Shown here piece by piece: positions 13,101-41,832 of a stretch of 64,000 bases of DNA (the stretch's first letter is position 1; the number at the start of each line of letters is the position of its first letter). Location: contig JYFJ02000470.1 of assembly GCA_000934665.2 (NCBI GenBank), forward strand, positions 1 through 64,000, in the 5' to 3' direction. This stretch comes from Catajapyx aquilonaris. Its lineage: Eukaryota. A model generated the notes under the pieces. It was not told the DNA's origin. It made no database searches and was given only the letters and a program-made list of their open reading frames with translations. Position numbers and translations under genes: made by a program.

Positions 13101-16100
13101 TCGGGGATGTGTACATGCGTCCTGGAGTGATAGGAAATATCAAGGTTGGAGACGAGGCTGCCCGCAGGACTTATCCTTTCACCAGAGCGTTTCTCAGATT
13201 TTTGCTCAGCACGGCACAGGTTGGTTGGTTGAATGACATAGTATGCTGATGTCAGAAAGTCAGTTCGAACATGCCAAGTGAATATTTTGCATGTTATAAT
13301 GGCATTGAACCTGTTCGAAGTGATGCAGAGGGCCACTGCCTCAAAAATTAAGACTTGAAGTTACATTTTTAAAACATCACATGACATTCAAAAAATTATA
13401 TTTTTTTATTACCAGGCTTTAGAAGCTGCAGAGAATCCAACATTAGGATGTGTCATGTATGTCCTCCGGGAAATATTTCCCCTGTATCGCAAGTGGCACT
13501 ATGTGGACCTGAAGGAGCAGGATGAGATTGGACAGCTCTGCTTGGACCTCTTCCACCAGCTTCTCAGTACTACTGGTGGGGACAAGAGTGGTGATCCCAG
13601 CAAGATGGGAATCCTTGTGAAGGTGTGCGTCTACAGTCTCTTGCATGCCGAGGCCAGCCAAACATTGCTTCATTTGGTGGAGACTGGGGATTCCTTGATT
13701 AGAAAACTTTTGGAGCAGCAGGCAGCACTGGACTTTGGACAAGGAGGAGAGCTTATGAGAGTCGTTCAGCTCTCCCTCTCAGTGCTGAACAGATTGTTGC
13801 TGCTCAGGGATAGTGTGCAGGTGAGCGAATGTTGGAGACCACAGAAAACGGGTATTAAAATATTTGTCTGAAAGTCGTTCTGTAACATTTATTGCAACAA
13901 GTGTTATAGTTTGAGTTTTGTTGGTACAGGCAGTCACTTCAAAATCACCATTGGAGACCATTCTGATCTCTCAGCCGCAAGGACCTGCGAGGCCACACTT
14001 TATCCTCACCATTGCATCGTACATCTTTCATAGATTCAATCCCAAGCTGCCCACTCTTGCAGTGAAATTACTCAAGAGGTTTGCAAAGGTAAAGTTTTCA
14101 TCATGTCTGATTTCTTCCTTTTGTGGAATGCATTGTTGAAGGATATGCTAATATGATCTCTGCTTTGCAGGAGTTTCCGATGTCGCTTTTGGCCTGCCTG
14201 GGAGCTGAGGCTGAAGCCATACGGGATGCTTTCCTATCTCGACTGGAGGCCCACACTGAAGATGTTTACCTGAAAGTGGCTCTTCTCGAGTTCCTGTCAG
14301 TCAGTGTAGAGATGCAGCCTGGACTCTTGCAAATGTTTATCAACATCCCTCAAGATGCAGGCAACAGAAAGATAGAGTGCAGGTGTTTGGATTCGGTCAC
14401 TGACATACTGCAGGAAGATAATGAGGTAGAAAGCATATCATTTGAAAGTCATTACTTAAGACATTGATTATTACATACAATTTTCCTGCAGATAAGTGAA
14501 AATAAGGCACTTTTGTGTGCAGCCTTACAATTCTTGCAAGCACTTTGGTTTGGAAAACGGATATTGCCGCTTGCCTACTTGAAGAGAGTACCTTCCTTTT
14601 GGACCAGTGTTTGCCGGCCACTCTTTGAAGATCCCAGGTAGGCCATATGAATTATTATTAACTCAAGACATACCAGTTGGCTTGGGTGAAGTTTATAGTA
14701 AGATACTTGCATATATGCAAGTATCATATATATATGATGCTCCCTGAGCCATACAGAGAGGTTAGGACAAGTGCATACATTTTAAGTAATTTTCTCTGTA
14801 ATGCAGCTTGTTTCCCAATTTCATTGTTCAGTAATTATACATGTAGCAATTATTAAGAGCTGAACCAGTTATAATTATTCCACAATTTTACTTACAAGTT
14901 GCTAGAATACAAAAATAGCAATGAACTAGTCTGTAGTGGCATTAAAACCCTTTATCACCTTTTCAGACAAAACTCACGGGCTTCTGCTTACATCTTTAAC
15001 ATTTTGACTCTTGAACTCTACACATATCGTCGAGAAGTTGACCCTGACATGGACAAGGCAGTGTCACGGTTCATGAGCGAGCCTGAAGGCCATCTCTCAA
15101 AATGGTGTGACCATGTTCTTTGCTCCTTGTCTGAGAGTGGAGACAAATCCGTAAATGACTCAGTACTTCAGCCAATGTCCACCTTTGATGCATACCCCCC
15201 TGAAATCCATCTCTTGACTGCCTGGAAGAACTTCTTAGTAGTGGTGGCCAAAACACAGGAGTCAAGATTGAGTACCTCACAGAGGGAGAAAGTTTTGAGG
15301 ACTGTAGTACAGGCTCTAGATCTGCAGCTGCAGAGAGGGGCGGATTCGCAAGGGGTGATCAGTGTCCGACTAGCTGAATTGTGCACTATACTGATGCAGG
15401 AGTGGAAGAGGTGGGTGTCATTTTTATCCTTTTAATAAAAGTAAGTTGCTTTAAGGTATCAATATACTGTGCAGTTATCTGGTAAACTTTTCATGTTGAT
15501 ACCTCCATCCTGATGGGAGAAAATCTAATTCGTCCCAGTGCATCATTCCGCAATATCTAATCAAACATTGTTTGCAGGGGTGATGCTGCTAACAGGTTGC
15601 AGCTTCCTAGCCTGAAGGATTTATTCTTGCAAGCTTCAGCTACATTTGATGTTCTGCATCCTAAGGCACAAGCAGCGATCCTTAGCATTGGCATATGCTC
15701 CCTAAAAGGCTTCAAATCAACGCTTGGTGAAGGTGCTACAGTGCAATGCTCATTTTCCCTAATTATATGGTTCTTGATTATCATAAAAGTGTGTAATTTT
15801 TCCAGAGCCATCATCCCTGGATTCATTTATATCCTCAACTGTGACCATGGTGAGGCAGAGCATGTTAGCCGCTCCAAAGCTGATGTTACCCACTCCAAAG
15901 AAGGTGGATTCTGATGGGAAATCCCTGACAACAAAGCTGACGGTTTCTGGTGGGGGATCCCTGCGGACACAGGTCCTCAGCGTCTGCTTCCTTCACCAGT
16001 TAGTGCTGATGGAGAAGTATGATCAACTTTGGCTTGGATTCTTCAAGGAGAATGACATTATTGGGATTCTTGTCAATGTTGCTTCTGTAGGGCTGCAGGT

Positions 16101-18277
16101 GAGACATAACGTTTTATCATGTGGTGTTTACTAATATTCAGATGACAACACTACTTTTTCATTTTTGACATTTAGCAATAACACAGTGGTTCCCAGTTTC
16201 AATCTCTGAAACCATGTTTCACAAACGTAGTCTGTAATGTTACATTTTGATGATTCATGTATTGTGGTGCATAATATTTTAATTCTAAATTGGTGAATAT
16301 TGTCCATCTGTTTTTATCAGCTACAAAAGGGAGTTGAACTGGTGCACAGCATCATGAGTCTGTTTGTAGCGCTGGCCACACTTCCACACACTGCTGAGAT
16401 GCTGGTTCAATCTAGGCCCAACCATTTCATATGCCTTCCCTTGGCTTCCATTAAAGAGGTGAATATTTCATTCATCACTTCTTTCATTAGTGCTTTGTGC
16501 AAAGCAACTCAAATTTACCTCTCCCACAGGAAACCGAGGGTTCGCCAAACTGGACAGACACATACGTCCTGTGTATAGTCCTGTACACCCAGCTGCTCAG
16601 GCAGAAGAAGCATTTTTTCCTGGAGGAATCCCTGATGTTTTCCGGTGTTCATGGAGAAAGGATGTATCGAGTTTTGATGCGAGTGAGGATGGATCTCCGA
16701 CTCCAAACCATACAGACAGCTGTGGTAGTGGCAAACTACTTGGACCAGATGGCTGTTTACCAGCAGGAATGGAGGTTGCAGCCTAACACAGTCATGCCCC
16801 AGCTCATGGTAAGTATCACTTTTTTTTAGAGGAGCATTTACACTGAGCATTGTCATAGGGCAAGTAGTCACAGTAACCTTTCAGCAAGTCTCTTCTCTAC
16901 TTTGATACTCCACAAAAAATGCAAAAGTAGGCACTTTTTTCCCAGTGTATATCCAGACAAGCAATATAATCAATGCGAGTTTAGTCTTATTATACTGACA
17001 GTTTTGTATGTTTTCATCTTGCAGCATGGAGTGGTCAATGCCCTGTACACATGCGTTTCCTACCTGTTGCGTCCCAACCTCCTGCAGGTTTTAGTAGAGA
17101 AGTCACTACTCCCAAAAGGAGCCCCAGTTCCTCCCCCACACCCAACCACTCCTGGTGTTGACCGCAACCAGAGAGTGCGCCGTTTGTCAAGCACAAGTGA
17201 CTTGGATGCTGAGGGAGTAACTCCTCAGCTGGCACAAACACAATCCCGCCTCATGGACCTGCTGGCCTGCTGCCTCTGCGTCCTGCAGAGATTCAGCCCT
17301 CCACTTCCTCAACTGCTAGGAGGTGACCCATGTGGAGGAACTGACCTGGCCCAGTTCCAGCCCCTTCTGGACATTGGGTTCCAAACCCCCACACTTGACA
17401 GGGTGGAAGTGCCGTGCCTAACCTTTGGGACCCTGCTGGCAGCTGTCACTGTGTGTCTCAGAATGCTCACCAAGGTAAGGAAGAAACTACTGGAAGGTAC
17501 TTGTCAGTATGATTAGAGAGAAACAAACCAGTGTCATCTCATATTTCTACGAATGCTGCATGCTTTCTTAAGTTGATTACTTGCACATGACATCACCAAA
17601 CTCAAACTGCAATTATTGATCGTAACAAATAATCAAACCAAAATGCGAGCGGGTATGTACTGTATCAACAGTTCAAAGAGAATTGCCCTGTCACGTCGAG
17701 CGGGCAGCCACGCGTCAGGATGAAAGGAACCAGTTAACGCGTTCCTTTCATCCTGACGCGTGGCTGCCCGCTCGACGCTACGGGACAATTCTTTTTGAAC
17801 TGTTGATGCATCTCCTAATATGTGTCTGGGAATCGCACTTCTTATTGAATAATTTGCTTCATAAATACTCTCTGCACGTATTTTCCAGGGTGAAAGCGCA
17901 TCTGCACCATCAGAATCTTCCCCTACATTGTCTCACAGCAGGATACTAACAGTAATGTCCCAGAGCCTAGTCCTGCTGCTATCCCAGGCCATGCTGTACC
18001 TGATGGATCCAAGGCTGTCGCCGCGGGACAAACAATTAGTGCGAAGGGAACTGGGAGCTGAACTTGTATGTTATTATTCACTTTTACTTGTTGCGACTAC
18101 AGTGCGCTCATTGTTTTGTACACTCTGTTTCAGAGCTCATTCTCTGACACTATGCGGCGCTACCTTCAACTTGGCACCAAGTCACCACAGCACGGCTCCG
18201 GAAGCTTCAAGCTGCCTGAGAATGAACATGCCTTTGTCAAATTGATGGGAAATATTGTTGAGCATGTCCTAAAGTAA
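10136..18277 (+). CDS. NUP188: Nucleoporin Nup188, ~20 coding exons
   Basis: First exons 10136-10140 and 10249-10462 give MGSNKTLWTLISG..LIKGINFYLPPS. LDELQAWDLLCVYLTYEYRGT, ERLFLLKCLKHI, THGPYLTE, HRFNPKLPTLAVKLLKRFA, PMSLLACLG and C-terminal RDKQLVRRELGAEL match remembered Nup188 motifs. Confidence 0.93.
17665..17806. mobile_element. ~142-bp hairpin MITE in a Nup188 intron (family shared with 38946-39086)
   Basis: Termini TCAACAGTTCAAAGAGAATTG / CAATTCTTTTTGAACTGTTGA with a near-perfect internal stem. Flanks TA and TG (degenerate TA duplication). Confidence 0.85.
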
Positions 18278-18426
18278 CATGACTGCAAATTGCTTTTTTG
18301 ATAATACACTGCCAAATGTTGGATTATAAAATACATATCGTGTGATGCAGTCAATTTCAGTCAATTTATTGCAGATTCCTGTTTTACACCAAACTGGTTT
18401 TAACACCACCATCCTCTTGGATTAGA

Positions 18427-19659
18427 TCAGATTAGCTTCAGAGCAGCTACCACAAGTTGATGTAGTTCATAATGGTGGTGGAGGAATGGCTTAATATCCA
18501 TGCCAGATGAATGCACATCACGGAAGTAATTTTTCCAAGTTAAATCTGATTCCGGTGGCATCGGCAAATCCTTGCACAAGTCCTTCTTTTCCCGGAGGTA
18601 TCCCAACATCTTCTGAAGTTCATCTGCAGTTATTTCATCTACGTTGTTTTCCTTCAGATTCTTTTTCTTTTCCTGTGGAATGGAATGAACTGTGAGAATT
18701 CCTTCTGACAACAATTGCTACTTGCTACGTCCATTTCTGACATCGATTTTCAGATGCTGGATTTTTTTTTAAATTAGTCAACATCATGCATTACTTTGAG
18801 CACATCACCACCGCCAGTGTGGGTGCTTTCAAATCACTTCTTTCTTATTTTTTAACGCTTATGCTAGTTGATTCTTGCTTAATAAGCGTCTAATTAATCT
18901 GAATAAAATGTACCAATGAGGAGGCACTACTATAAACCATACAACAGTGCCTGATAAAGCTTCATTGACCTACATCTTTCATGAAGCTTTTTCCCTTAAC
19001 ATACTGTATTGTAATGTTCTTGCAGGCGCACATTATCAATTAAAAGTAATTAACTACCTTCAGCATGTCCAATTCGCCCACGGGGATTGGGGTGCTCTTC
19101 ATGTACATCTGAACGTCATTGGGAATCAAGTTGAGAGAAGGTGCTTCAATGATCAGCGGCTAAAGGGAAAAGGTCGTCAGAGTTTCTTCACAACATGTAC
19201 GGATCACTTACCTCTAGTTGCTCATCTGGCGGTATGGCATCCTTTGAGTGTTTGGGAGCAATAAGGTGGTTGACCGACTCCTTGAGCAGCTCCCAGGTAC
19301 CCTTGCCTTCCACATGTTCCTTGTAAAAGCCCATTTTGGCCAGACACGCTACCACCTCTGTGGGTGTAGAGAGGCCAGTGTTTTGGATACCACAATGAAC
19401 CCTGTGTACCTACTATATCTGCATTACCTGCCGAGGTCATCTTGGCGGCCTCTTCCTCCGAGATGAAGTAGGCGAGGAACCACCTGAGCAGCACCTTCTG
19501 GTCATCGCTCCCGATGGCCAGAAGGGCGTCCAGGAGCCTCATGCTCTCATGCACCAGCGGGGGTGGGTTTTCGCAGCTCATGAAGAACTCCCTCATCTCC
19601 CTGAAGAAAGGGTCCATCTGGATCAGGTACTGCAGCCCGGTCTTCTCGCCTGCCTCCAT
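18427..19659 (-). CDS. Four-exon ~241-aa protein, probable HAUS augmin-like complex subunit 7 homologue
   Basis: Exons 19659-19428, 19357-19212, 19159-19058 and 18672-18427 splice in frame with GT-AG boundaries. Motifs LLAIGSDDQKVLLRWF, VEGKGTWE and NLIPNDVQ..PIPVGELD resemble HAUS7/AUG7 (from memory). The gene structure is solid; the identity is tentative. AATAAA on the minus strand at 18370-18365. Confidence 0.6.
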
Positions 19660-21064
19660 CGTACTTGGTGGTCCGGATTTGTACAGATTATCCGAGAAAA
19701 ATGGTCGTTCTGACCGGAGACGATGGTTCAACCGGTTTCTAACCACGATTCGAACATGATTCGAACTGTTAGAAATACGCGATGAGGATAGCTGAGTCGA
19801 TAGGAGCAAGGACAAGAATAAAGATTTCTGATAGCAGTCGTGATCGGTAGGATCGAATAGGGCGGGAATAGGGATGATCTATTTTGAAACCCGGCCTTTC
19901 AAGCTCTTCAGATTGAGTCTCGATAGATCGTTGGAATATAAATAGTTGTTGCGTAGAATTTCGCAACACCATATGCACCATGAAGAGCACATCTGAAATG
20001 TTACAAGTAAACGAGTTAGTGGAGTTACTGTATACCTAGCAGTTACCTCGTGTCCAGACCTGACCAAGCAACAATTCTTTTTTACTACGGGTACTAGTTA
20101 GTTGGTTTATATGGTTTCAGTTATCTGGTTTATTTATCTAGACATAATGATTTTCTGCTCATCGAACCTGACCAGATTGTACTGGTAGATATTCCGTACA
20201 TTTTAACGTATCTAATATTTTATAATTAAATCAGACTAACACTTGGCTGGTAGCATTCCAAGATTGTTGCCTTCCTGCAAAAAGAGCGGAGCTTCTCCAA
20301 CCTGAATGAGGCCTGCAACCCTCATCTCAAAAAAATTATGGTACGCCCACTGGTTCCCTCTGCATGCATAAGTTGAAGTCGTCTTAGGTTATGATTTTCT
20401 ACGTGAAGTTAGGTTAGGTTATTGATTGTTCATAAAGAAGAAGTCATTTCAGTAACAAGTTCTGCTACATTTTTGCATAGTCTTTTCGGGAGGAAAACCC
20501 CATTTAAAAATTGATGTTATAGTAAGAAAATTCAATTGTGGTAATAAGAATAATACCATGATGCACACTTTTGTTTCATATTTAGAGATATTAGCATAAG
20601 AGTCCACCTAAAGCGAAGGCGGTTGGGGAAATGCCAAATGTTCGCAGCTTGCCTTCATTCCATATGGACCCTAATGCCGACCCTGCCAGCATTAGGAAAA
20701 TTCATGACATCATACAACCGAAATATTAATATAGCACTGCCTTATTTTATTGCGCCGAAACATATGGAGGTCCCACTCTGGAAAAATCGGGGAAAAATGC
20801 TGCTCATTACTGACTAATAATCAGCTGCTCCATTACTGACTAATAAGTACTCAACATCAGCGTTTCATTTGCCATAAGCTCAATTAATATCATATCATAC
20901 TGGCAAGTTTTTATCAAACATGTCGATGAAATGCAATGCATAGAAAAAAACCATTAGGCAGAAAAATTTTAATTTCTTTACAGTAGGATAATCATATTGA
21001 CAAAAAACTTACTTCATTACCACTCAACATCATCGGGACAAAATTAAACTGTTTATATTTCCTT

Positions 21065-22923
21065 TCAACCTTTGTTAACATCGCTGATACATGTCCACTG
21101 TCCATCAAGTGTCTCCTTCCATAGGCTAACCTACAATGATTGGAAAATATGGTTATTAAAATATGATTAATGCCAAATGCTGTGAAGGCATACCTTGTTG
21201 TCTCCTCCGGAAACAGCAAGAATATTCCCCATCACGGACCAGCTAACATGCCACACAACGTCATCAAAAGTATGTAGAGTCTTGGCAGTCCAGGTGGATC
21301 CAGTTCCACCTTCGTTGGTCCAGATGATTACTCGGCAGTCTTGTGAGCAGCTGGCAATGATGCTCCGGGGTAGGCCAATTGATGGAGCCCATGCAACATC
21401 ACGGACCCAATCAGAGTGAGCCTCAAGCTTTGCCTCCTCCACCCAATGATCTTCCTCTTCCCTGTACAAATAAAGTATCAGTGAATTTATGTACAGCACT
21501 TCAAGTACGTTCACTAATTAAAAATCTTCCAAATTCATCAATCAAACACATTCTGAAGTTCCACTTGTCTTTCTCAGTATCACCAAAATCATCAATGACA
21601 AACAGAAGTTATGTGGAAATTAAATGCTGCGCTTACTTCCATATCTTAACCAGGTTGTCACATCCGCCAGTGACAAATCTCTTGGATGGCCCCTGGCGCT
21701 GGCTAGATGTACCCTCGAACGCTGAGCCAGGTGTCACGGAAGGAGCCCAACTAACAGCATTGCACCCAATCTGAATAAAATAATGCCATTAGGAGTGCAT
21801 AAAATAGCATATACTTGAACTTCATACCGTGTGGGCATTATTAATCTTCTTGGCCTCCCAGTTTTCATTCCCGATTTGGGTCAGGACAGAAACAGCACCA
21901 TCAGAACTGCCACAAGCCAGCATCAGTCCGAAGTCATGCGGTGCCCAACACACTGAGTTTACTGCAATGAAAATTAAGACTACATTACCAGTGCTCGACA
22001 TACAGTTTATGTAACACAGCAGTGTAATAGCTACAATCTCCAGATCATGGTAGAGTGAAACAACAAGTATTGGATACAGTACACAGCTGAGATCTGCTCA
22101 TTACAAAAGTTACGTTTCATCCCAGCATATGATTTTCAATGTATGAGCAGTGATTGTCATCTATTTGCATTATTAGTTTACATTTATGAGTTAACTTTCA
22201 TCAGCTGCTTCATTACTGACTAATAAGTACTCAACATCAGCATTTCATTTGCCATAAGCTCAATTAAGAGAGTTAATTCTACCTTTTACATCACACAGTG
22301 CAAGTGCAGAGGAAGTCATGTACAGTATGCTAAGTAATATAATGCAATAATTATTACCAGAAGAATCATGGTTGCTGTACTTATAAAGAGGACCCCACTG
22401 TCCATTCACCTCCTTCCAAATAATAACATGCCGATCATATGAACTTGACGCCAGGATGTTGCCAAATCTGGGATGAGCCCATGCCACTTGCCAAACCTGA
22501 AACAGAAACAAATCAGTCCTCCCCATTCAATTGCAACACATTCGATTACTTTAGAAATAACATTACCGGTCCCTCATGTCCCCTCAAATCCGCAGTGAGA
22601 GTCTGCATTCCATTCTTGACATCAAATATCTTGACCGAACGATCCGAGGAGCAGGTTGCCAGTCGGGATCCATAATAATCCATCTGGGCATCATGCTGCA
22701 AATAAAGTCAGGCCACTTTTACCCAAATTTGACTATTGCGAATAAAATTGCTTACGTAATAATAATTATTATGGTTGTCATTTTAAATGATGACATTCAG
22801 CGGCTGCACTTACGATCATATCCTCATGTCCCGTATCCACAGTGCTGATCACCGACACCTGAAAGATGCAAAGGTATGTATCGTACATGTACGGCTTTTT
22901 GAAGAGATGTTGAGTCTTACCAT
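21065..22923 (-). CDS. SEC13: Sec13 WD40 protein (COPII coat / Nup107-160 complex / GATOR2)
   Basis: ATG-only first exon (22923-22921), then [77 protein letters not shown], final exon [21 protein letters not shown]. Confidence 0.97.
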
Positions 22924-23039
22924 CCTGGCCAGCTGTAGTAGTTGGAATGGCAAAATTTCGCGAAAGAGAAAAAGATCTCAACGCATCTCTTTCGGCCACT
23001 TGGCACGCACTGTTGCCAACACACAATGCCGCTTCTACA

Positions 23040-23900
23040 CCTACTGAAATGTGCAATAGTCAATTACATTATATCCATTAAAATGTGTTGCCACTTAATT
23101 GAACACATTAAAGCGTACTTATTTGTTAAATGTAATAAATTTAGAACATTGCATTGGCTACACTTTTGCGCATATTGGCAATCGGCACACTGAATTTGTC
23201 ACTGGGCGGGGTTTAACTGGATTTATCGCTTCTGATTGGTCCGCCCTCAAGGTGACTGTGACGTCACCTCTCTTTATGGCGGGAACCAAAATGGCAGCAT
23301 CGAGCACCAACATGTCATCTTTAAATAACAATTAAAAAATCCCTCAACCACGTCCGCATCAGCAGCCAAAAATCCCTCCTCTGTATTCAACCCGGCCGCG
23401 CCTAACCCCTTTGTTTATTCGTAGGCGTTGCCGTCAAAAAAAAAAAAAAAAAGCCAGCAGCATCATCCCTCCATTTTGTGTAGTGTCGCCGCGCGCCGGG
23501 TGAGATCCGGCAACACCGCAGAGTCGCTCCCCGTCTCCGTCCCCCTCCCCTCCCAATCCCTCAAAAAATAATGGGGAAATGGCTCCCGGTCCCGGGCGGG
23601 ATCCCAGGTTGTGAGTGACAAGCTGCGCGCCGCCGCCCCCAGACGCAGCTCCGGGCCAGCGAGGGGATCTCCAAGCGTCGTAGGACGAAGACCCCGAGAC
23701 CTGGGAGTATCCGCCCGGGCCTTTGCATAGAGCAGTGCGGAAGGGCAGGAGGAAAAAAGCGGCTGGAATAATATTATTGGATCTGCATTTGACAGACAGG
23801 CGGAAAAGGGAACGACGCTTTTTGGTGCTACAGAACGCGGCAGGTGAGCACCGCTCTTTTGGGGGTGGATCCGCGTCGCAATGAAGTTGCGGGTCGTGCT
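23040..23900. promoter_or_regulatory. CpG-rich bidirectional promoter between Sec13 (-) and BRPF1 (+), including BRPF1 non-coding exon 1
   Basis: GC box GGGCGGGG 23204-23211, reverse CCAAT at ~23232-23240, palindromic CRE GTGACGTCAC 23258-23267, YY1-like AAAATGGC 23288-23295, donor CAG|GTGAGC near 23843. Confidence 0.7.
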
Positions 23901-25753
23901 AGGATTTACTCACTTTGTACGTAGTGTAACAGTAATCACTGGTCGTGCAGTACAACCGGATTGAAGTCACTGCCAGTTGCTTCGCATTAAACAGGTTGCT
24001 GGGGGTGAACAATCTGTTGTTGAGCTGAGGAAGTGTTGCGGCCTGGTAAATTATTGTGGCAGGGAGGTGAATCAGTTGATTGGAACACAGCAGATTGAGT
24101 CATGAACAGGTGGAAGTTGTTGCGAGTTGCACTGGACTATTTGGCACCCACTGACGTGCGAGGGTGTTCAAATTGGGAGGAAGGGTGTTAGTGATGGGAG
24201 GGGGGAAACCCATGTGTGGTGCCTGGACAGGTTGTCTCCTCAATCATAAGCGTAGCAAATCGGGGCATAAGAAGAAAAATGTATGGGTTTGTCATTGACC
24301 TGTTTCTCAGCCGTGACCAAACCATCAGCTCTGCAGATTTGAACTATGATTGGAACTTGTAGCTATTGTTTCGTGAACACGTGCGCATGGCCATCCTAAA
24401 AATAGCTGTGTTAAAGTTCAGTTCATCACACTGCACTGATGAGAAAAGTTAGACTGTTATGCACGTTTCACTACTGGCGCATTGTTATTATTATGACATG
24501 CTCTTAGAAATTTGCAATATTTTGCTAATTATTACTTATTAATATATTTAACTGTTTTAATATTGTAATTTTCTTTGTGGTAATGAGCTCATTTTTAAAG
24601 AACCTATCTGGACTGGAGAGAGTAAAACACTCAATACAAATTATTTTGGTAGTGTTCTTGGTGCAGTATATGATCAGGGCCAATGGTGTTATTTACTTGC
24701 ATGTCTGCTTGAGTTGTCAGGGCCACACTCAACTGTAGAGGGAAATCCTTATGTGAATCAATAGAGAGCCATTCTTGCTCTGGGTTTTCCTGCTTGCACT
24801 ATTCATTCTCAAGCCACATTAAATGAAAGGGGAGCCTTGATTGTGTACATAGAGATATGATCATAATTTATTTGTTACTGTTATATTGTGCTGATTCGTG
24901 TAGCCTTCAAAAATTTATTTTGAAACACTGATTTCATAACACAAATAATAAAATGCCAGTATTGGGGCATGAGGAAGGAGGCAGAAACATCAAGTGTGAA
25001 ATGACGTGTTTATAAATAATGTCAGACTTCGAATGAACTGAAATGCATCAAGTTACATTGTACCGCAAGTATAATAAACAATAACAAAAAAGGATGCTAA
25101 CCTTTTAACTAGGACTCCTGGCACCTGATTAACTTTGAGGCCAATTTCCACTGTCATCTTTAAGCTACGGTGTTCTCATTGTTTTTCCATTTCAAATATT
25201 AAGAGATTAGGAAGTTTTGGCACATGACAAATCCAATTGTAATTCAGGAAGCTCCTCCCACCTACATAACTCCACCTGTCATTCACGGTGCACCTGCACA
25301 TCGTATAATTATGTAGGTCTCCTGATGAATAACCACCACATGCTTAGGTTTAGCCCTAACTGGTGAGTCTGTTCCACTCTGGTACCGTGTAACTTTTTAA
25401 TTTGAATAAGCACAATCTGCATTCTAATTGGATGACCAAGTGCAAGGACTGAGGTAAAGGGGGGTAGTCATTTCGAAAAACTGGTGTACACTTTCATACA
25501 GAAACCATCTTTCGCTGACCCTAAACTTTCCAGATACCACCTGAAACTGGTATTGCTTCAGCAGAATCATGCAGAAACCAGTGGTTTCAGGATACCAGTG
25601 TCCACCTTCAGTGCATATGGCTATCCCCTTAGATGAGGTTCTCCAGGACAATACATCTGGAATCCATATCTGCAAAATGCATACTGTTTTTTTAAATGTG
25701 ACATTAATCAATCATTATGTGACATGGCATTGACACCATTTTTACAGACAAAA

Positions 25754-40800
<15,047 letters not shown>

Positions 40801-41832
40801 GATTAATGCCTTGGAATCCAAGTGTCTTTTGTTAATTATTATTTTTTGAAGACCTGTGCAGATAAAAGTTATTTCCTGTACTTTTTAGTGTTTTTATTTT
40901 AGGACCATGAATTTCATCCAAGTAGTGGCACCCTTTTTTTTGTGTGGTGTTACAAGGAGGTGAAAGTGGACACCTATTTATCACATGAATTTTTGTCCCT
41001 ACCGCTTTTTATTTTTATTTTTCTCGTGAAAAAAACAAGGACCAGTTCACGTTGATATCCCTTTTCCCCCCAAATATATGTGGAAATTTCCCGAACTTTT
41101 TCTCCCGTACCTGTAATATTGTACACAATAAATTTTACACTGCCATTTCTGTTACAGGTTGTACCACTTTTTTTGCACACCCCCATAAATATGATGCGTC
41201 AGTATTTTTTAAAATGGTAATTACCCTTTTGCGTCAGTAGCTGCCAACATTTGAAAGTTTGCTATATTTTTTTAAATAGATTATTAGCAGTTGGCAATGT
41301 TGTAATTGCATGTACAATACTTGCTGTTATTTATAGTATAATTTGCCGTATAATGTGAGCTTATTACATTGCAAGATAATTGCAACAGTTGGTACTCGGT
41401 ACGTGATGACGTCAAGGTTGCGAGTCATAAAAAGTAAAAAGGCGTAATATAAAAGCACCTGTTGCTGTTTTTAAGAGCGGGCAAGTGTACCAGTTGACTC
41501 CGCAGGTTTTGCAGAATTAATCTAATCAAATTCTGCTTATCTCTCAAAAATAAAAAGGTTGCGAAAAAGTGGGGCGCCATATTGGATTTGCCGAGGGAAG
41601 TTTAGTGCAGGTTCGTATCCACACTTTGGCACTTTAATTTATGCAGATTTTAGCAATTAAACATCGATGGATCTGTTAAATTGGACAGAACTTGTTTTTA
41701 ACTCTCGGAAATTGCAGAATCGAGAATAGTGATTGTGTGTCAGGCAGGACATGTGTAAAATGGTGGGAATGAAATCAGCTGATGTTGTTCAGCGCAGTCA
41801 AAATATGTTTTTGTTCATTTCCAGGCAGAATT

